The translations under genes and the position numbers were made by a program. Positions 44,513-55,300 of a DNA stretch of 64,000 nucleotides are shown here, piece after piece. Numbering within the stretch: the first letter of the stretch is position 1; each line of letters opens with the position of its first letter. The notes beneath the pieces were generated by a model, which ran no database searches, was not told the DNA's origin, and saw only the letters and a list, made by a program, of their open reading frames with translations. Source of the DNA: Candidatus Eiseniibacteriota bacterium (GTDB taxonomy: Bacteria; Eisenbacteria; RBG-16-71-46; DASYSL01); the NCBI GenBank assembly GCA_031431875.1, contig JANPEF010000082.1, forward strand, positions 4,901-68,900. The letters run 5' to 3'.

Positions 44513-45877
44513 GTGACCCCGGACCCGGACGACCACGCCCCGACTCCCGCACCCGTCGCCCGCAGCCGCACGCCCGCGCGCCGCCGAGGCTTTCTCGGCC
44601 TCGGCCTGGGCCGCGCGGGCCTGCCGCGCCTGTTCCAGGGCTACCTCTTCCTCGGTGTCGCCGGCATCGTGCTGGCGGTCTTCGTCTTCACCAACGTCGT
44701 CGTCGCCCGGTTGGCCTCGCAGGTGCAGTCGACGTCCGAGGTCTTCGCGCGTTTCTGCGCCACCGCTTCCTTCCCGGCGACGACCGACACGACGCTCCAG
44801 GCGATCGTGGGCGACGTCATCCAGGGCCTCAACTTCCCGATCGTGCTGACCGACGCGCGCGGGGTGCCGCGTGCCTGGAAGGGCATCGCGACCCGGACCG
44901 ACGACGTGCCAGCCGACTCGATCGAGGCGTTCGCGAGCGGTCGGCTGATCGATCCCGACTTGCGCGGAAAGATCGAGAGCATCCAGGCCGACGTCGAACG
45001 GATGGACCGACGCCACGCCCCGATCGCGATGACCCGGCCATCGGGCGGCGATGCGCTCGGCCAGGTGCACTGGGGCGACCCGCCGGGTCTCGAGCTCCTG
45101 CGCTGGCTGCCGTTCGTTGCCCTGGCGGTGATGCTGCTGTTCGTCGGGCTCGCGGTGTACGGCGCGCGCTCGATCAAGCTGTCCGAGCAGCGCTCGATCT
45201 GGGTCGGGCTGGCGCGCGAGACCGCCCACCAGCTGGGCACGCCGATCTCGTCGCTGCTGGGCTGGATCGAGCTCCTGCTCGACCGGGTGAAGAGTGGCAG
45301 CGGCCCCGACGTCACGCTGCCCCGGGCCGAGATCGCGGCCATGCTCGGTGAGATGGAGAATGACGCCGCCCGTCTCAACAAGGTGGCGTCGCGCTTCAGC
45401 CACATCGGTTCGATCCCGAACCTGGCGCTCATGGACATCACCCCGGTCGTGGCCGAGGCGGTACACTACCTGAAGCGTCGCCTGCCGCACCTGGGGCGGA
45501 GAATCGACATCCGCGAGGTGTATGGCGATGTGCCGCCCATCAACGCCAGCCGCGAGCTGCTCGAGTGGGTGGTCGAGAACCTCCTCGTCAACGCGATCAA
45601 CGCGGTCGACGAGAAGGGGGGCTGGATCGAGATCCGCCTCGAGCGCCGCCCCGAGACCGAGCGGGTCGAGCTCACGGTCACCGACAACGGCCGGGGCATG
45701 ACGCCCGAACAGGCGGCTCGCGCATTCGAGCCGGGCTTCACCACGCGTTCCCGCGGCTGGGGTCTGGGGCTCGCGCTGGTCAAGCGCATCGTCGAGGAGT
45801 TCCACGGCGGCACCATCGAGATCCGGCGCACCGCGCCGGGGGAAGGGACCTCGTTTGGCATCGAATTTCCGACCTGA
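44513..45877 (+). CDS. Membrane sensor histidine kinase
   Basis: Two TMs; H-box ETAHQLGTP, N-box ENLLVNA, DNGRGM, FEPGFTT, GWGLGL. Confidence 0.95.
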   Translation: MTPDPDDHAPTPAPVARSRTPARRRGFLGLGLGRAGLPRLFQGYLFLGVAGIVLAVFVFTNVVVARLASQVQSTSEVFARFCATASFPATTDTTLQAIVGDVIQGLNFPIVLTDARGVPRAWKGIATRTDDVPADSIEAFASGRLIDPDLRGKIESIQADVERMDRRHAPIAMTRPSGGDALGQVHWGDPPGLELLRWLPFVALAVMLLFVGLAVYGARSIKLSEQRSIWVGLARETAHQLGTPISSLLGWIELLLDRVKSGSGPDVTLPRAEIAAMLGEMENDAARLNKVASRFSHIGSIPNLALMDITPVVAEAVHYLKRRLPHLGRRIDIREVYGDVPPINASRELLEWVVENLLVNAINAVDEKGGWIEIRLERRPETERVELTVTDNGRGMTPEQAARAFEPGFTTRSRGWGLGLALVKRIVEEFHGGTIEIRRTAPGEGTSFGIEFPT

Positions 45878-45878
45878 G

Positions 45879-46766
45879 GTGACGGCCTTCGTCGCGGCGG
45901 CGCTGGCCGCGGTGGTGCTCGCGGGCGTCGGGGTGCCCGACGGCGCGGCGGCCCGGCGCACCCGCTCGCCGCGCCCGGCCTCCGGCGCGGACTCGAACAC
46001 GATCGTCTACGTCGTCGATGAATCGACCAGCGCGGCGCATACGCTCGTGCACGAGATCCGTTCCAACTACGGCGGCGACGACAACTTCGCGGCCATGGAC
46101 GGGATCCGCTACTACATCACCTACGTCATGCCCGGTCCCGAGGGCGCGCCGGTGCGCACCTGGACCGAGGCGCACTACATCTGGCTGCACGGCGCGCCGC
46201 GGGCGCGCATCGAGACCGTCGAGGACAGCACGGTCATCCTGGTCAACGGCGACACGACGCACGTGCGCCGTGCCGGCCGGTGGATCGACGATCCGGTCCC
46301 GGTCGCGGCCGCGCGCGAGCAGGCGCTCGACGCGATCTGGGCGGCGCGCCTGCCGCGCAACCTCAACCACCCCGGCATCCGCGCCCGCCAGCTTGCCGAG
46401 GCGCAGCGCGGCGTGCCGTTCACCACGCGCTACTTCTACGAGCATCCCGGACTCGACCGGCCCGAGGGCACCATCCTCGAGGTCACGTTCGCGCCGCCGG
46501 CATACACGCTGCAGCGGCTCTACACCTTCGATCCGCGCGCGAAGGCGTGGACGATCCTCGAACTCGCCGACGACAAGAGCCGCTACGACTGGACGTGGGC
46601 CGAGCGGCGCACGTTGCGCGCCGCGAACGCCGCGGGCGAGCCCGGGCCGATCCTGTGGACGGCGCTGGTGCAGGACATGCAACTCGAGGGCCGCATGCCG
46701 GACCTCCTGCTGTCGCCGCCCGATGCCGGTGCCGGCGTGGTGAGCACCCCGTCGAAGGGACGCTGA
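45879..46766 (+). CDS. Exported hypothetical protein, possibly LolA-like beta fold
   Basis: Hydrophobic N-terminal signal; 'YGG...F......Y' then a beta-rich region; tightly packed between the kinase and the regulator. Confidence 0.6.
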   Translation: MTAFVAAALAAVVLAGVGVPDGAAARRTRSPRPASGADSNTIVYVVDESTSAAHTLVHEIRSNYGGDDNFAAMDGIRYYITYVMPGPEGAPVRTWTEAHYIWLHGAPRARIETVEDSTVILVNGDTTHVRRAGRWIDDPVPVAAAREQALDAIWAARLPRNLNHPGIRARQLAEAQRGVPFTTRYFYEHPGLDRPEGTILEVTFAPPAYTLQRLYTFDPRAKAWTILELADDKSRYDWTWAERRTLRAANAAGEPGPILWTALVQDMQLEGRMPDLLLSPPDAGAGVVSTPSKGR

Positions 46767-46771
46767 ACGCG

Positions 46772-48349
46772 ATGGCCGACGAGACCAGGAAGCGTATCCT
46801 CTGGGCGGACGACGAGATCGACCTGCTGCGCCCTCATATCCTGTACCTCGAGGGGAAGGGCTACGTCGTCACGCCGGCGATGAACGGCGAGGACGCGCTC
46901 GAGCGCGTGCAACGGGAGCCGTTCGATGTCGTGCTGCTCGACGAGATGATGCCGGGCATGGGCGGCCTCGCCACGCTGGCCGCGATCAAGGAGCACCAGC
47001 CGACGCTGCCCGTGATCCTCGTCACCAAGAGCGAGCAGGAAGAACTCATGAACGAGGCGCTCGGCCGGCGCATCACCGACTACCTGATCAAGCCCGTGAG
47101 CCCGAGCCAGATCTGGCTGGCGATCAAGAAGGTGTTCGAGACGCAGGCGCTGCAGCAGGACCGCTCGGCGCGCGACTACGTCGGTCACGCGCGCTGGATC
47201 GCCGAGCTCGACACCAAGCGCGTGGACGCGGCGGGCTGGCTCGACGTGAGCCGCCGCCTGACCGCGTGGGACCTGGCGCTCGAGCACCTGTCCGAGCCCG
47301 GACTCAAGCAGGCCCACGCCGACAGCCGCCGCGAGCTCAACCAGGAGTTCGGACGCTTCATCGAGGAGCAGTATCCGCGCTGGGTGAAGGCGCCTGCGGG
47401 CGAACGGCCCATGCTCTCGGTCGATATCATCGAGCGCAAGGTGGTGCCGCACCTCAAGGCCGGCAAGCGCGTCACCTTCATCGTCATGGATTGCCTGCGC
47501 TTCGACCAGTGGCTGGCGCTGGCCCCGCTGCTCGAGCCGTACTTCGACATGGTGACCGAGCCCTACTACGGGCTTCTGCCCACGGCCACGCCGTACGCGC
47601 GCAACGCGCTGTTCTCGGGTCTGTTCCCCGACGAGATGGGCAAGAAGCACCCCGAGTGGTGGAACGAGGACACCAAGGACGACCGCAGCAAGAACCGCTT
47701 CGAACGCCAGTTCCTCGAGGCACAGCTGGCCCGCCTCAAGGCCACCCCCGAGAAACCGATCAAGTACGTGAAGATCTACACCATGGACGAGAGCCAGAAC
47801 GTGCGTCGGCAGGTGAGCACCTACGGTTCCCTCGGCATGGCCGCGCTGGTGTTCAACTTCATCGACATCATGGCGCACGGCCGCAGCGAGTCGGACCTGC
47901 TGCAGGAACTGGCTCCCGACGAGATCGCGTTCCGCGCCGTGCTGCGCGCCTGGTTCGCCCACTCGCCGCTGTTCGACGTGATGAAGGCGCTGTCGCTGCA
48001 GGACAACGTGATCGTCCTGACCACGGACCACGGCGCGGTGATGGGCAAGCGCGCGGCGCTGGTCCACGGTAACCGCGAGACCTCGACCAACCTGCGCTAC
48101 AAGTACGGCACCAACCTCACGGTCGACTCGCGCCAGGCGATCAACATCAAGGATCCGACCGCATGGCGCCTGCCGCCCGGCCACAACAAGAACTACCTGC
48201 TGGCGCGCGAGGACTACTACTTCGTCTACCCGACCCGCTTCCACGAATACGAGAAGGCATTCTTCGGCACCTTCCAGCACGGCGGCGTCTCGATCGAGGA
48301 GATGATCGTGCCGTGTGTCACGCTGACGCCGAAGGGGCGCGTGGGGTGA
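46772..48349 (+). CDS. PorX-like response regulator (REC plus PglZ/alkaline-phosphatase domain)
   Basis: WADDE, LLDEMMPG, KP; DCLR.DQW, LPTAT.YARN, TTDHG, HGG.S.EEM. Confidence 0.92.
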   Translation: MADETRKRILWADDEIDLLRPHILYLEGKGYVVTPAMNGEDALERVQREPFDVVLLDEMMPGMGGLATLAAIKEHQPTLPVILVTKSEQEELMNEALGRRITDYLIKPVSPSQIWLAIKKVFETQALQQDRSARDYVGHARWIAELDTKRVDAAGWLDVSRRLTAWDLALEHLSEPGLKQAHADSRRELNQEFGRFIEEQYPRWVKAPAGERPMLSVDIIERKVVPHLKAGKRVTFIVMDCLRFDQWLALAPLLEPYFDMVTEPYYGLLPTATPYARNALFSGLFPDEMGKKHPEWWNEDTKDDRSKNRFERQFLEAQLARLKATPEKPIKYVKIYTMDESQNVRRQVSTYGSLGMAALVFNFIDIMAHGRSESDLLQELAPDEIAFRAVLRAWFAHSPLFDVMKALSLQDNVIVLTTDHGAVMGKRAALVHGNRETSTNLRYKYGTNLTVDSRQAINIKDPTAWRLPPGHNKNYLLAREDYYFVYPTRFHEYEKAFFGTFQHGGVSIEEMIVPCVTLTPKGRVG

Positions 48350-48864
48350 AGGCGGAAGAAGCGACGTTCACGTCCAGCCTCGGGTCGCTGGCCGCCACGA
48401 TGGAGTTCGCCGCGGCCCTGGGTGCCGCGCTGCGCGCGGGGGATCTCGTGTTGCTCGAGGGCGGCATGGGCGCCGGGAAGACCACGTTCGTGCAGGGCCT
48501 TGCCCGCGGCATGGGGCTGTCCTCCGCGGTCAAATCGCCGACCTACACTCTGGTCCACGAGCACAACGCGACGCAGGCGGGGCGCCCCGGCCTCGGCCAT
48601 CTCGACCTCTATCGCGTCCCGGTCGGGCGCGACCTGGGGGACCTCGGCGTCGACGAGTTGCTCGCGCGCGGCGCCGTGGCCGTCGAGTGGGGCGGCCGCC
48701 TGTACGGCCCCGATGCCGACGCGATGCTGCTCGTGTTTCGCAGCGCAGCCGACGACGAACCGGAGGAAACCCGACACGTGAGCATCACCGGGCGTGGACA
48801 ACGCGGGCTGGAACTCGCGGCCGATGCCATTCGCCGGCTGCGGGCGATCCCGCACGGGGCATGA
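48346..48864 (+). CDS. tsaE: tRNA t6A biosynthesis ATPase TsaE
   Basis: G.MGAGKTT, SPTYTL, HLDLYR, VEW; GTGA overlap. Confidence 0.93.
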   Translation: MKAEEATFTSSLGSLAATMEFAAALGAALRAGDLVLLEGGMGAGKTTFVQGLARGMGLSSAVKSPTYTLVHEHNATQAGRPGLGHLDLYRVPVGRDLGDLGVDELLARGAVAVEWGGRLYGPDADAMLLVFRSAADDEPEETRHVSITGRGQRGLELAADAIRRLRAIPHGA

Positions 48865-50081
48865 GCATGCTGCTCGCCCTCGAGGCCTCCGGCGCGCGCG
48901 CCGAAGTCGCGGTCTGCGATGTGGACGGCGACGTGCGGGCCGCGCGCCACCGGCCCGCCGCCACTGAGCATGCGCGGATCCTCGCCGGGCTCGTCGACGA
49001 GGTGCTCCGCGAAGCTGCGGTCGGCGCGCGCGACCTCGCCGGCGTTGCGGTCGACGTCGGTCCGGGCTCGTTCACCGCGCTCAGGATCGCGCTCGCCACC
49101 GCGCACGGCATCGCCCAGCCGGGCGCCGCGCGCGTCGTGGGCGTGACCTCGTTCGCCGCGCTGGTCCACGGCCTCATGCGGCCGAAGCGGGTGGTCATCC
49201 CGTTGGTTCCCGCGGGGCGCACGCTGCTGTACGCCGGGTTCTACCGCGCCGACGCGCAGGGGCGTCTCACGCTGCTGCGCGGCCCGGCGGCCGCCGACCT
49301 CCCGAGGCTGCAGGTCCTGGTCGAGGAAGCGCTCGCGCTTCGCGCGGGAAAAGTCGCGCCGCACTTCGTCGGGCCGGGAGCGGCCCGGGAGCGCGAGGGG
49401 CTCGAGGCGCGCTGGCCCGGCTCGACTGGCAACGGCGCCACCGTTGACGCGGCCGAGGGCCCCGCGGTCGAAGCGGTCGCCCGGCTCGGCGCGCAGATGC
49501 TCGCCCCGCGTGGCCCCGCCGGCATGCCCTTGCCCAACTCCGTTGCCGACGCCGACGGGGCGACCCGCCCGCTCTACGTCCGGGTGCCGCAGGCGGTCGC
49601 CAACCTGCCCGCCGAGCGCCCCTCGTGGCGCGAACTCACGCTCGCGCCGTTCACCGAGAGCGATCTCGACGAGGCGCTCGTCATCGAGCAAGCCGTGTTC
49701 AGCGATGCATGGCCGCGCCAGTTTTTCCTCGAGGAAATCCGCCAGGCGGGCTCGCGGGCGCTGGCCGTCCGGCACCGTGGTACTCTCGCCGGATACCTGC
49801 TGGCGTGGCGTCTCGACCATGAATGGCACCTGGGGAACATCGCCGTCGCGCCCGCCCACCAGCGGCGTGGCATCGGGCGCTTCCTGCTCGAGACGCTGGT
49901 GCGCGAGGCCGATGCCGCGGGCGACGTGTCGATCACGCTCGAGGTGCGGCCGTCGAATTTCGCCGCGCAGGAACTGTACCGTGTGTTCGGCTTCCGCGCC
50001 GTGGCCCTGCGCCGCGGCTACTATCAGGACACCGGCGAGGACGCGCTCATCATGATGCGTGATCCGCGCGCGGGTGCGTGA
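48861..50081 (+). CDS. tsaB: TsaB-RimI fusion protein
   Basis: N-terminal LALEAS, H, GPGSFT.LRI, P.Y.R; C-terminal GNAT with IE...F...W, NIAV.P..QR.GIG, LEVR.SN..A..LY, R.GYY...EDA..M in the same frame. Confidence 0.9.
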   Translation: MSMLLALEASGARAEVAVCDVDGDVRAARHRPAATEHARILAGLVDEVLREAAVGARDLAGVAVDVGPGSFTALRIALATAHGIAQPGAARVVGVTSFAALVHGLMRPKRVVIPLVPAGRTLLYAGFYRADAQGRLTLLRGPAAADLPRLQVLVEEALALRAGKVAPHFVGPGAAREREGLEARWPGSTGNGATVDAAEGPAVEAVARLGAQMLAPRGPAGMPLPNSVADADGATRPLYVRVPQAVANLPAERPSWRELTLAPFTESDLDEALVIEQAVFSDAWPRQFFLEEIRQAGSRALAVRHRGTLAGYLLAWRLDHEWHLGNIAVAPAHQRRGIGRFLLETLVREADAAGDVSITLEVRPSNFAAQELYRVFGFRAVALRRGYYQDTGEDALIMMRDPRAGA

Positions 50082-50091
50082 AGGAGCGGGC

Positions 50092-50982
50092 ATGTCCTGG
50101 CTCAAGAAGAAGAAGACCGGGATCACGACGCAGGACAAGAAGGAGATCCCCGGCGGCCTGTTCATCAAGTGCGACGGCTGCGGTGAGATCCTCTACCAGC
50201 CCGAGCTCGAGGCAGCGCTGTGGACCTGTCCCAAGTGCAGCCACCACTTCCGCATCGCCTCCAGCGACTACGTCGGCCTGCTCGTCGACCCGGGCTCGTT
50301 CGACGAGCTGTTCACCGACCTGGTGGCCGAGGATCCGCTCGAGTTCAAGGATGCGCGCATGCGCTATCCCGACCGCTACGCCCAGGCGCGCAAGGCGACC
50401 GGCCTCAACGACGCCGTGCGCACCGGCCGCGCCACGATCGACGGCGTGCCCACAGCGCTCGCCGTGATGGACTTCTTCTTCATGGCCGGCTCGATGGGCT
50501 CGGTCGTGGGCGAAAAGGTCGCGCGCACGATCGAGCTGGCGATCGCCGAGCGCCGCGCGCTGGTCATCGTCACCGCCTCGGGCGGCGCGCGCATGCAGGA
50601 GGGCATCCTCTCGCTCATGCAGATGGCGAAGACCTCGGCGCTGCTGGCCACGCTCAAGGAGGCGCGCCTGCCGTTCCTGTCGGTCCTGAGCGATCCGTCG
50701 ACGGCCGGCGTGATGGCGTCGTACGCCTCGCTCGGCGACGTGATCCTCGGCGAGCCGGGGGCGCTGATCGGCTTCGCCGGGCCGCGCGTCATCCAGGACA
50801 CGATCGGCGAGGAACTGCCGGCGGGCTTCCAGCGCTCGGACTTCGTGCTCGATCACGGAATGCTCGACGCGGTCGTTCACCGCAAGGAAATGCGCGAACA
50901 CGTCGCACGGCTGCTCGGATTCTTCCGCCAGTCCACCGACGGCTTCCAGCCGGCCCCGGCGGACGCGCTCTACCGGCCCTGA
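50092..50982 (+). CDS. accD: Acetyl-CoA carboxylase carboxyltransferase beta subunit
   Basis: Zinc finger CDGC...CPKC, GSMGSVVGEK, SGGARMQEG, IGFAGPRVI, FQRS. Confidence 0.96.
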   Translation: MSWLKKKKTGITTQDKKEIPGGLFIKCDGCGEILYQPELEAALWTCPKCSHHFRIASSDYVGLLVDPGSFDELFTDLVAEDPLEFKDARMRYPDRYAQARKATGLNDAVRTGRATIDGVPTALAVMDFFFMAGSMGSVVGEKVARTIELAIAERRALVIVTASGGARMQEGILSLMQMAKTSALLATLKEARLPFLSVLSDPSTAGVMASYASLGDVILGEPGALIGFAGPRVIQDTIGEELPAGFQRSDFVLDHGMLDAVVHRKEMREHVARLLGFFRQSTDGFQPAPADALYRP

Positions 50983-52301
50983 TCCCGCACGACGCGTATC
51001 GCGCGGCGCTCGAGCGCCTGTACGGTCTCGAGCGCGGCAAGACCGGCTTCGGCCTGGCGGGCACGCGCGCGCTCGTCGAGGCACTCGGCCGCCCTGACCG
51101 TGCTTTCCGCTCCGTGCACCTGGCCGGCACCAACGGCAAGGGCTCGACCGCCGCGCTGATCGAGCGCGGCCTGCGCGCCGCCGGCGCCCGCACCGGATTG
51201 TTCACCTCGCCCCATCTCGTCGACTTCCGCGAGCGCCTGCGCCTCGACGGCCGCCCCGCCGCGGCCGCCGACGTGGCGCGCGCGCTCGCCCGCGTCGAGG
51301 CCATTCCCGCGCCGCCGGGGCACCCGCGCACGTTCTTCGAGGCCACGTTCGGCCTCGGCTGCGCGCTGTTCGCCGACGCCCGGGTCGACTGGGGCGTGCT
51401 CGAGTGCGGGCTCGGCGGCCGGCTCGACGCGACCAACGTCGTCACGCCGGCGCTCGGCGTGATCACGCCGATCGGGCTCGACCACGCCGAAATCCTGGGC
51501 GACACGCTCGAGGCGATCGCCGGCGAGAAGGCCGGCATCTTCAAGTCCGGCGTCCCGGTCGTGATCGCCGCACAGGCGCCGGCCGCCCATGCCGTGCTGG
51601 TCCGCATCGCGCAGGCCGTCGGCGCGCCGCTCGAGGCGGGGTCCGAACGCGCGCGGCTCGTCGCCGTCGACCGCATCGGCCCCGAGGGCAGCGACGTGCG
51701 CTTCGACGTCGCGGGCTTCGGCGCGGTCGAAGCCCGGCTGGCACTGGTGGGCCGCCACCAGGTCGAGAACGCGCGCACTGCGCTGGCCGTGCTCTCGCTG
51801 CTGGCCGCGCGCGAGCCCGGGCTCGGGCTCGATGCCGCGTGCGCCCGCACCGCGCTGTCGAGCGTGCGCTGGCCCGGGCGCTTCGAGTCCTGCCCGGGCG
51901 AGCCGCGACTGTGGTGGGACGGGGCGCACAATCCCGATGGCGCGCGCGTCGTGCGCGCGGCGTGGCGCGAGGCGCTGGGCGATCCGCCGGGTACGCTCGT
52001 GCTCGGGGTCTCGACCGACAAGGATCTCGACGCGATGCTCGGAGCGTTCGCCGGCCCGTGGCGGCGCGTGCACGCGGTCGCCGCCGAGAGTTCGCGCGCG
52101 GTGCCGCCGGAGGCGCTGGCCGCCGCGGTCGGTCGCGCCTGGCCCGGGATCGAGGCGACGGCGCACGCGTCGGTCGCCACGGGTGTCCAGGCCGCGCTCG
52201 AACGCGCGACGGGGGACGAACGAGTGCTCGTGGCCGGTTCGCTGTTCGTCGTCGGCGAAGCCATGAGCGCGATGGGCGCGGCGGAGGTGGCGTGCTCCTG
52301 A
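50979..52301 (+). CDS. folC: Folylpolyglutamate/dihydrofolate synthase
   Basis: GTNGKGS, FTSPHL...RER, TFFE, E.GLGGRLDATN, DH...LG, EKAGI, WPGR, DGAHN, GSLF.VG. Start uncertain; a CTG overlapping the accD stop is proposed. Confidence 0.93.
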   Translation: MIPHDAYRAALERLYGLERGKTGFGLAGTRALVEALGRPDRAFRSVHLAGTNGKGSTAALIERGLRAAGARTGLFTSPHLVDFRERLRLDGRPAAAADVARALARVEAIPAPPGHPRTFFEATFGLGCALFADARVDWGVLECGLGGRLDATNVVTPALGVITPIGLDHAEILGDTLEAIAGEKAGIFKSGVPVVIAAQAPAAHAVLVRIAQAVGAPLEAGSERARLVAVDRIGPEGSDVRFDVAGFGAVEARLALVGRHQVENARTALAVLSLLAAREPGLGLDAACARTALSSVRWPGRFESCPGEPRLWWDGAHNPDGARVVRAAWREALGDPPGTLVLGVSTDKDLDAMLGAFAGPWRRVHAVAAESSRAVPPEALAAAVGRAWPGIEATAHASVATGVQAALERATGDERVLVAGSLFVVGEAMSAMGAAEVACS

Positions 52302-55300
52302 GGCGAACCGTCGCGTTTGCGATCTCCGTGCTTCTTGCCGCGATCGCGGCCGTGGTTCCGGTCGAGGGGCAGGTGGCGCCCCCGGCTTCGGCTCCGGCTG
52401 CGCCCGCGCCCGTCGATTCCGCGCGCGCGATCGCGGACACAACCGCCGCCCTCCGCGATTCCGCCGCCGTTTCACGCGACACGACCCTCCCACCCGCGAC
52501 CGCGCCTCCGGTGCGGTCGATCATCACCCAACCCCGCCGCGGCAGCAGTCCGTACAACGTCGTCGCCGATCGCCTCGAGGGGGGACGCACCGCGCTCGAG
52601 GGCGAGGTGATCATGCTCATCGGCAACGTGACGCTGTCGCGCGACGGCACGGTGGTGAAGAGCCAGACCGGCCGCTACGTGAAGCGCGAGGGCACCATTT
52701 ACCTGACCGGCGGCGTCGACGCGGTCGACGGCGGGACCCGCGTCACGGCGCTGCAGGCCGCCTACAACGAGGCGACCGACTTCCTCACCCTCATGGGGCA
52801 GGTCGTCGTGCGCGACAAGGACCTGGTGCTGGAGTCCGACCAGGGCTCGTACGACCAGTCGCGCGGCCGCGCCGAGCTGTGGAGCCGCGTGCGGGGGCGT
52901 GACAGGACGCGCACGCTCACCGCCGATCGCGTCACCTACCTGCGCGACGAGCAGGTGGCACAGGCGCGCGGGCGCGTCGTCGCCCGCGACTCGACCGAGG
53001 GGCTCACGCTGACGGGCGAGGCCATCGACTACGACCGCCGGCGCGAGTTCGCGCTCGCCACCGCGCGGCCCACGCTGGTGCAGGCCGGGAAGAACGGGAA
53101 GGGCGCGACGACGCTGGTCGGCGACACGATCACCGTCGCCACGCCCGAGCGCATCGCGACCGCCGCCGGGTCCGTGGTCATCACGCGCGACAGTCTGCGC
53201 GCCGAGGCCGGCCGCATGGTGTACTACGATCGCGAGGAGCGTGGCGTGCTGACCGGCGAGCCGCGCGCGTGGACCGACGAGGTCGACGTGCGCGGCGACT
53301 CGCTCGAGATCTTCACCCGCGACCAGGGAATCGACCGCCTGCTCGTCCTCGCCAACGGGCGCATCGAGTACCACGCCGACTCCGGCGCCGACGCCGGCGG
53401 CAGGAGCCTGCTCACCGCGCAACGCATGGACGTCTGGTTCGACGCCGCGGACGACGGCATCGACAGCCTCTACGCCACCGGCGAGGCGGCGAACGAGTTC
53501 ACGGGGAAGCCGCTGCCCGATCGCCTCTCCGAGTCGAACCGGACGACCGGCGACCTGGTGCGTCTCTACTTCGACGGGAAGGACCTGCAGGAGGCGATCG
53601 TCACCGGCAAGGCCGCGGGCACGTATCGCGCCGAGCTCGCCGCCAGCGACACCGCCGGCGCCCGCGCGAACGCCGTGGAGTACGAGGCCGACCGCATCGT
53701 CTTCGAGGTGCCGAAGAACCGCATCCGCCTCGAGCAGAATGCGGTGCTGCGCTACGAGCAGATCGCGCTGCGCGCCCCTGAGGTCCTGTTCGACGTCAAG
53801 CAGCAGGTGCTCGAGGCCCGCGGCAACCCGCAGCTCGAGGACCGCGGCGACACGTTGCGAGGCACGTCGCTGGCCTACGACCTGGAGACCCGGCGCGGGA
53901 CGGTGTTCGGCGCGCGCACGCGCTACCAGACCGGGTGGTACGCCGGGGACAAGATCCGCCGTCTCGGCGACGACGTAATCGACGTGGGCGGCGCGCGCTA
54001 CTCCACCTGCAACCTCGACGACCCGCACTACGCGTTCCGCTCGGACCGGATGAAGATCTACCTCAAGGACAAGATCATCGCCCGGCCGGTGCTGTTCACG
54101 CTCAAGCACGTCCCGTTGCTGGCGCTCCCCTTCTACGTGTTCCCCATCCGTCAGGAGCGTACGTCGGGCCTGCTCGTGCCGCAGATCCAGTTCGGCTTCG
54201 GCGACGCGACCGGTGGGTATATCCGCAACGCCGGGTACTACTTCGCGCCGAACGACTACACCGACTTCACGGTCTCGGGCGACTGGTATCCGCAGGTGCC
54301 CTCGTGGGTGCTGCGTGGCGAGGCGCGTTACAAGTCGCTGTACAAGTTCGAGGGCCAGATGCAGGGGTCGATCGGGCGCTCGTTCTACACCACGGAGGAG
54401 CGGAATTGGGACTTCCGCGCCCAGCACGCGCAGACGATCAACGACGCCACGTCGCTCACCGCGCGGGCCAACTTCACCTCGAGTGCGGACTACACGCGCG
54501 ATCCGCTCACCGGCCTGCCGCTGGCGAACCGCATCGACCGCTTCCTCACCTCGAACCTGACGCTGTCGCACCGCCGGCCCTGGGCGTCGATCAACCTGGT
54601 GCTGTCCCGCCAGGAGGATCTCGACACGAATCCGATCAGCTCGCCGCTGCCCAAGCTGCAGGAGCAACTGCCGTCGCTGTCGATCGTGCTGCCGTCGCGC
54701 ACCCTGGGCCACAAGCCGGGGGCCACCGGCGGCGCGGGCTTCCTGCCGTTCCTGTCGACCACGTACCTGGGCTTCAATGCGCGCTTCCTCAACGACCGCA
54801 CCGTCTCGACGTTCCTGCGCCGCGACGAGTCGGGCGCGATCGCGGTGTTCGATACGTCGGTCGCCCGCCGCGCCTACCAGCACGTGGTGACGCTGAACGA
54901 CAATCGCCGCCTCGGCTTCGTCAACTTCGGACCGACGTTCCGCTGGACCGAGGTCGTCTACCAATACGATGCGACAGGCAAATCGCCGTCGGCCGGCGGC
55001 ACGTGGGCGGCGGGGGCGGGCGCCTCGATGACGCTGTACGGCACCTCGCACGGCGGGCTCGGTCCGATCACCTCGATTCGCCACGTGTTCCAGCCGATCT
55101 TCTCGTACTCGTTCCAGCCCCAATTCAGCCGCTTGCGCGTGCAGGTGCCGACCAGCGACACGACGTTCGCCACCGTCGACCGCTTCCCGCCGTTCGGCGG
55201 CATCGGGCTTTCGGGCACGCGACAGAGCTTCCTGTCGGTCAACCTGGTGAACCGCTTCGAGGCCAAGGTGCGGACCGAGAAGGGCGAGCGCGTGCTGTCG

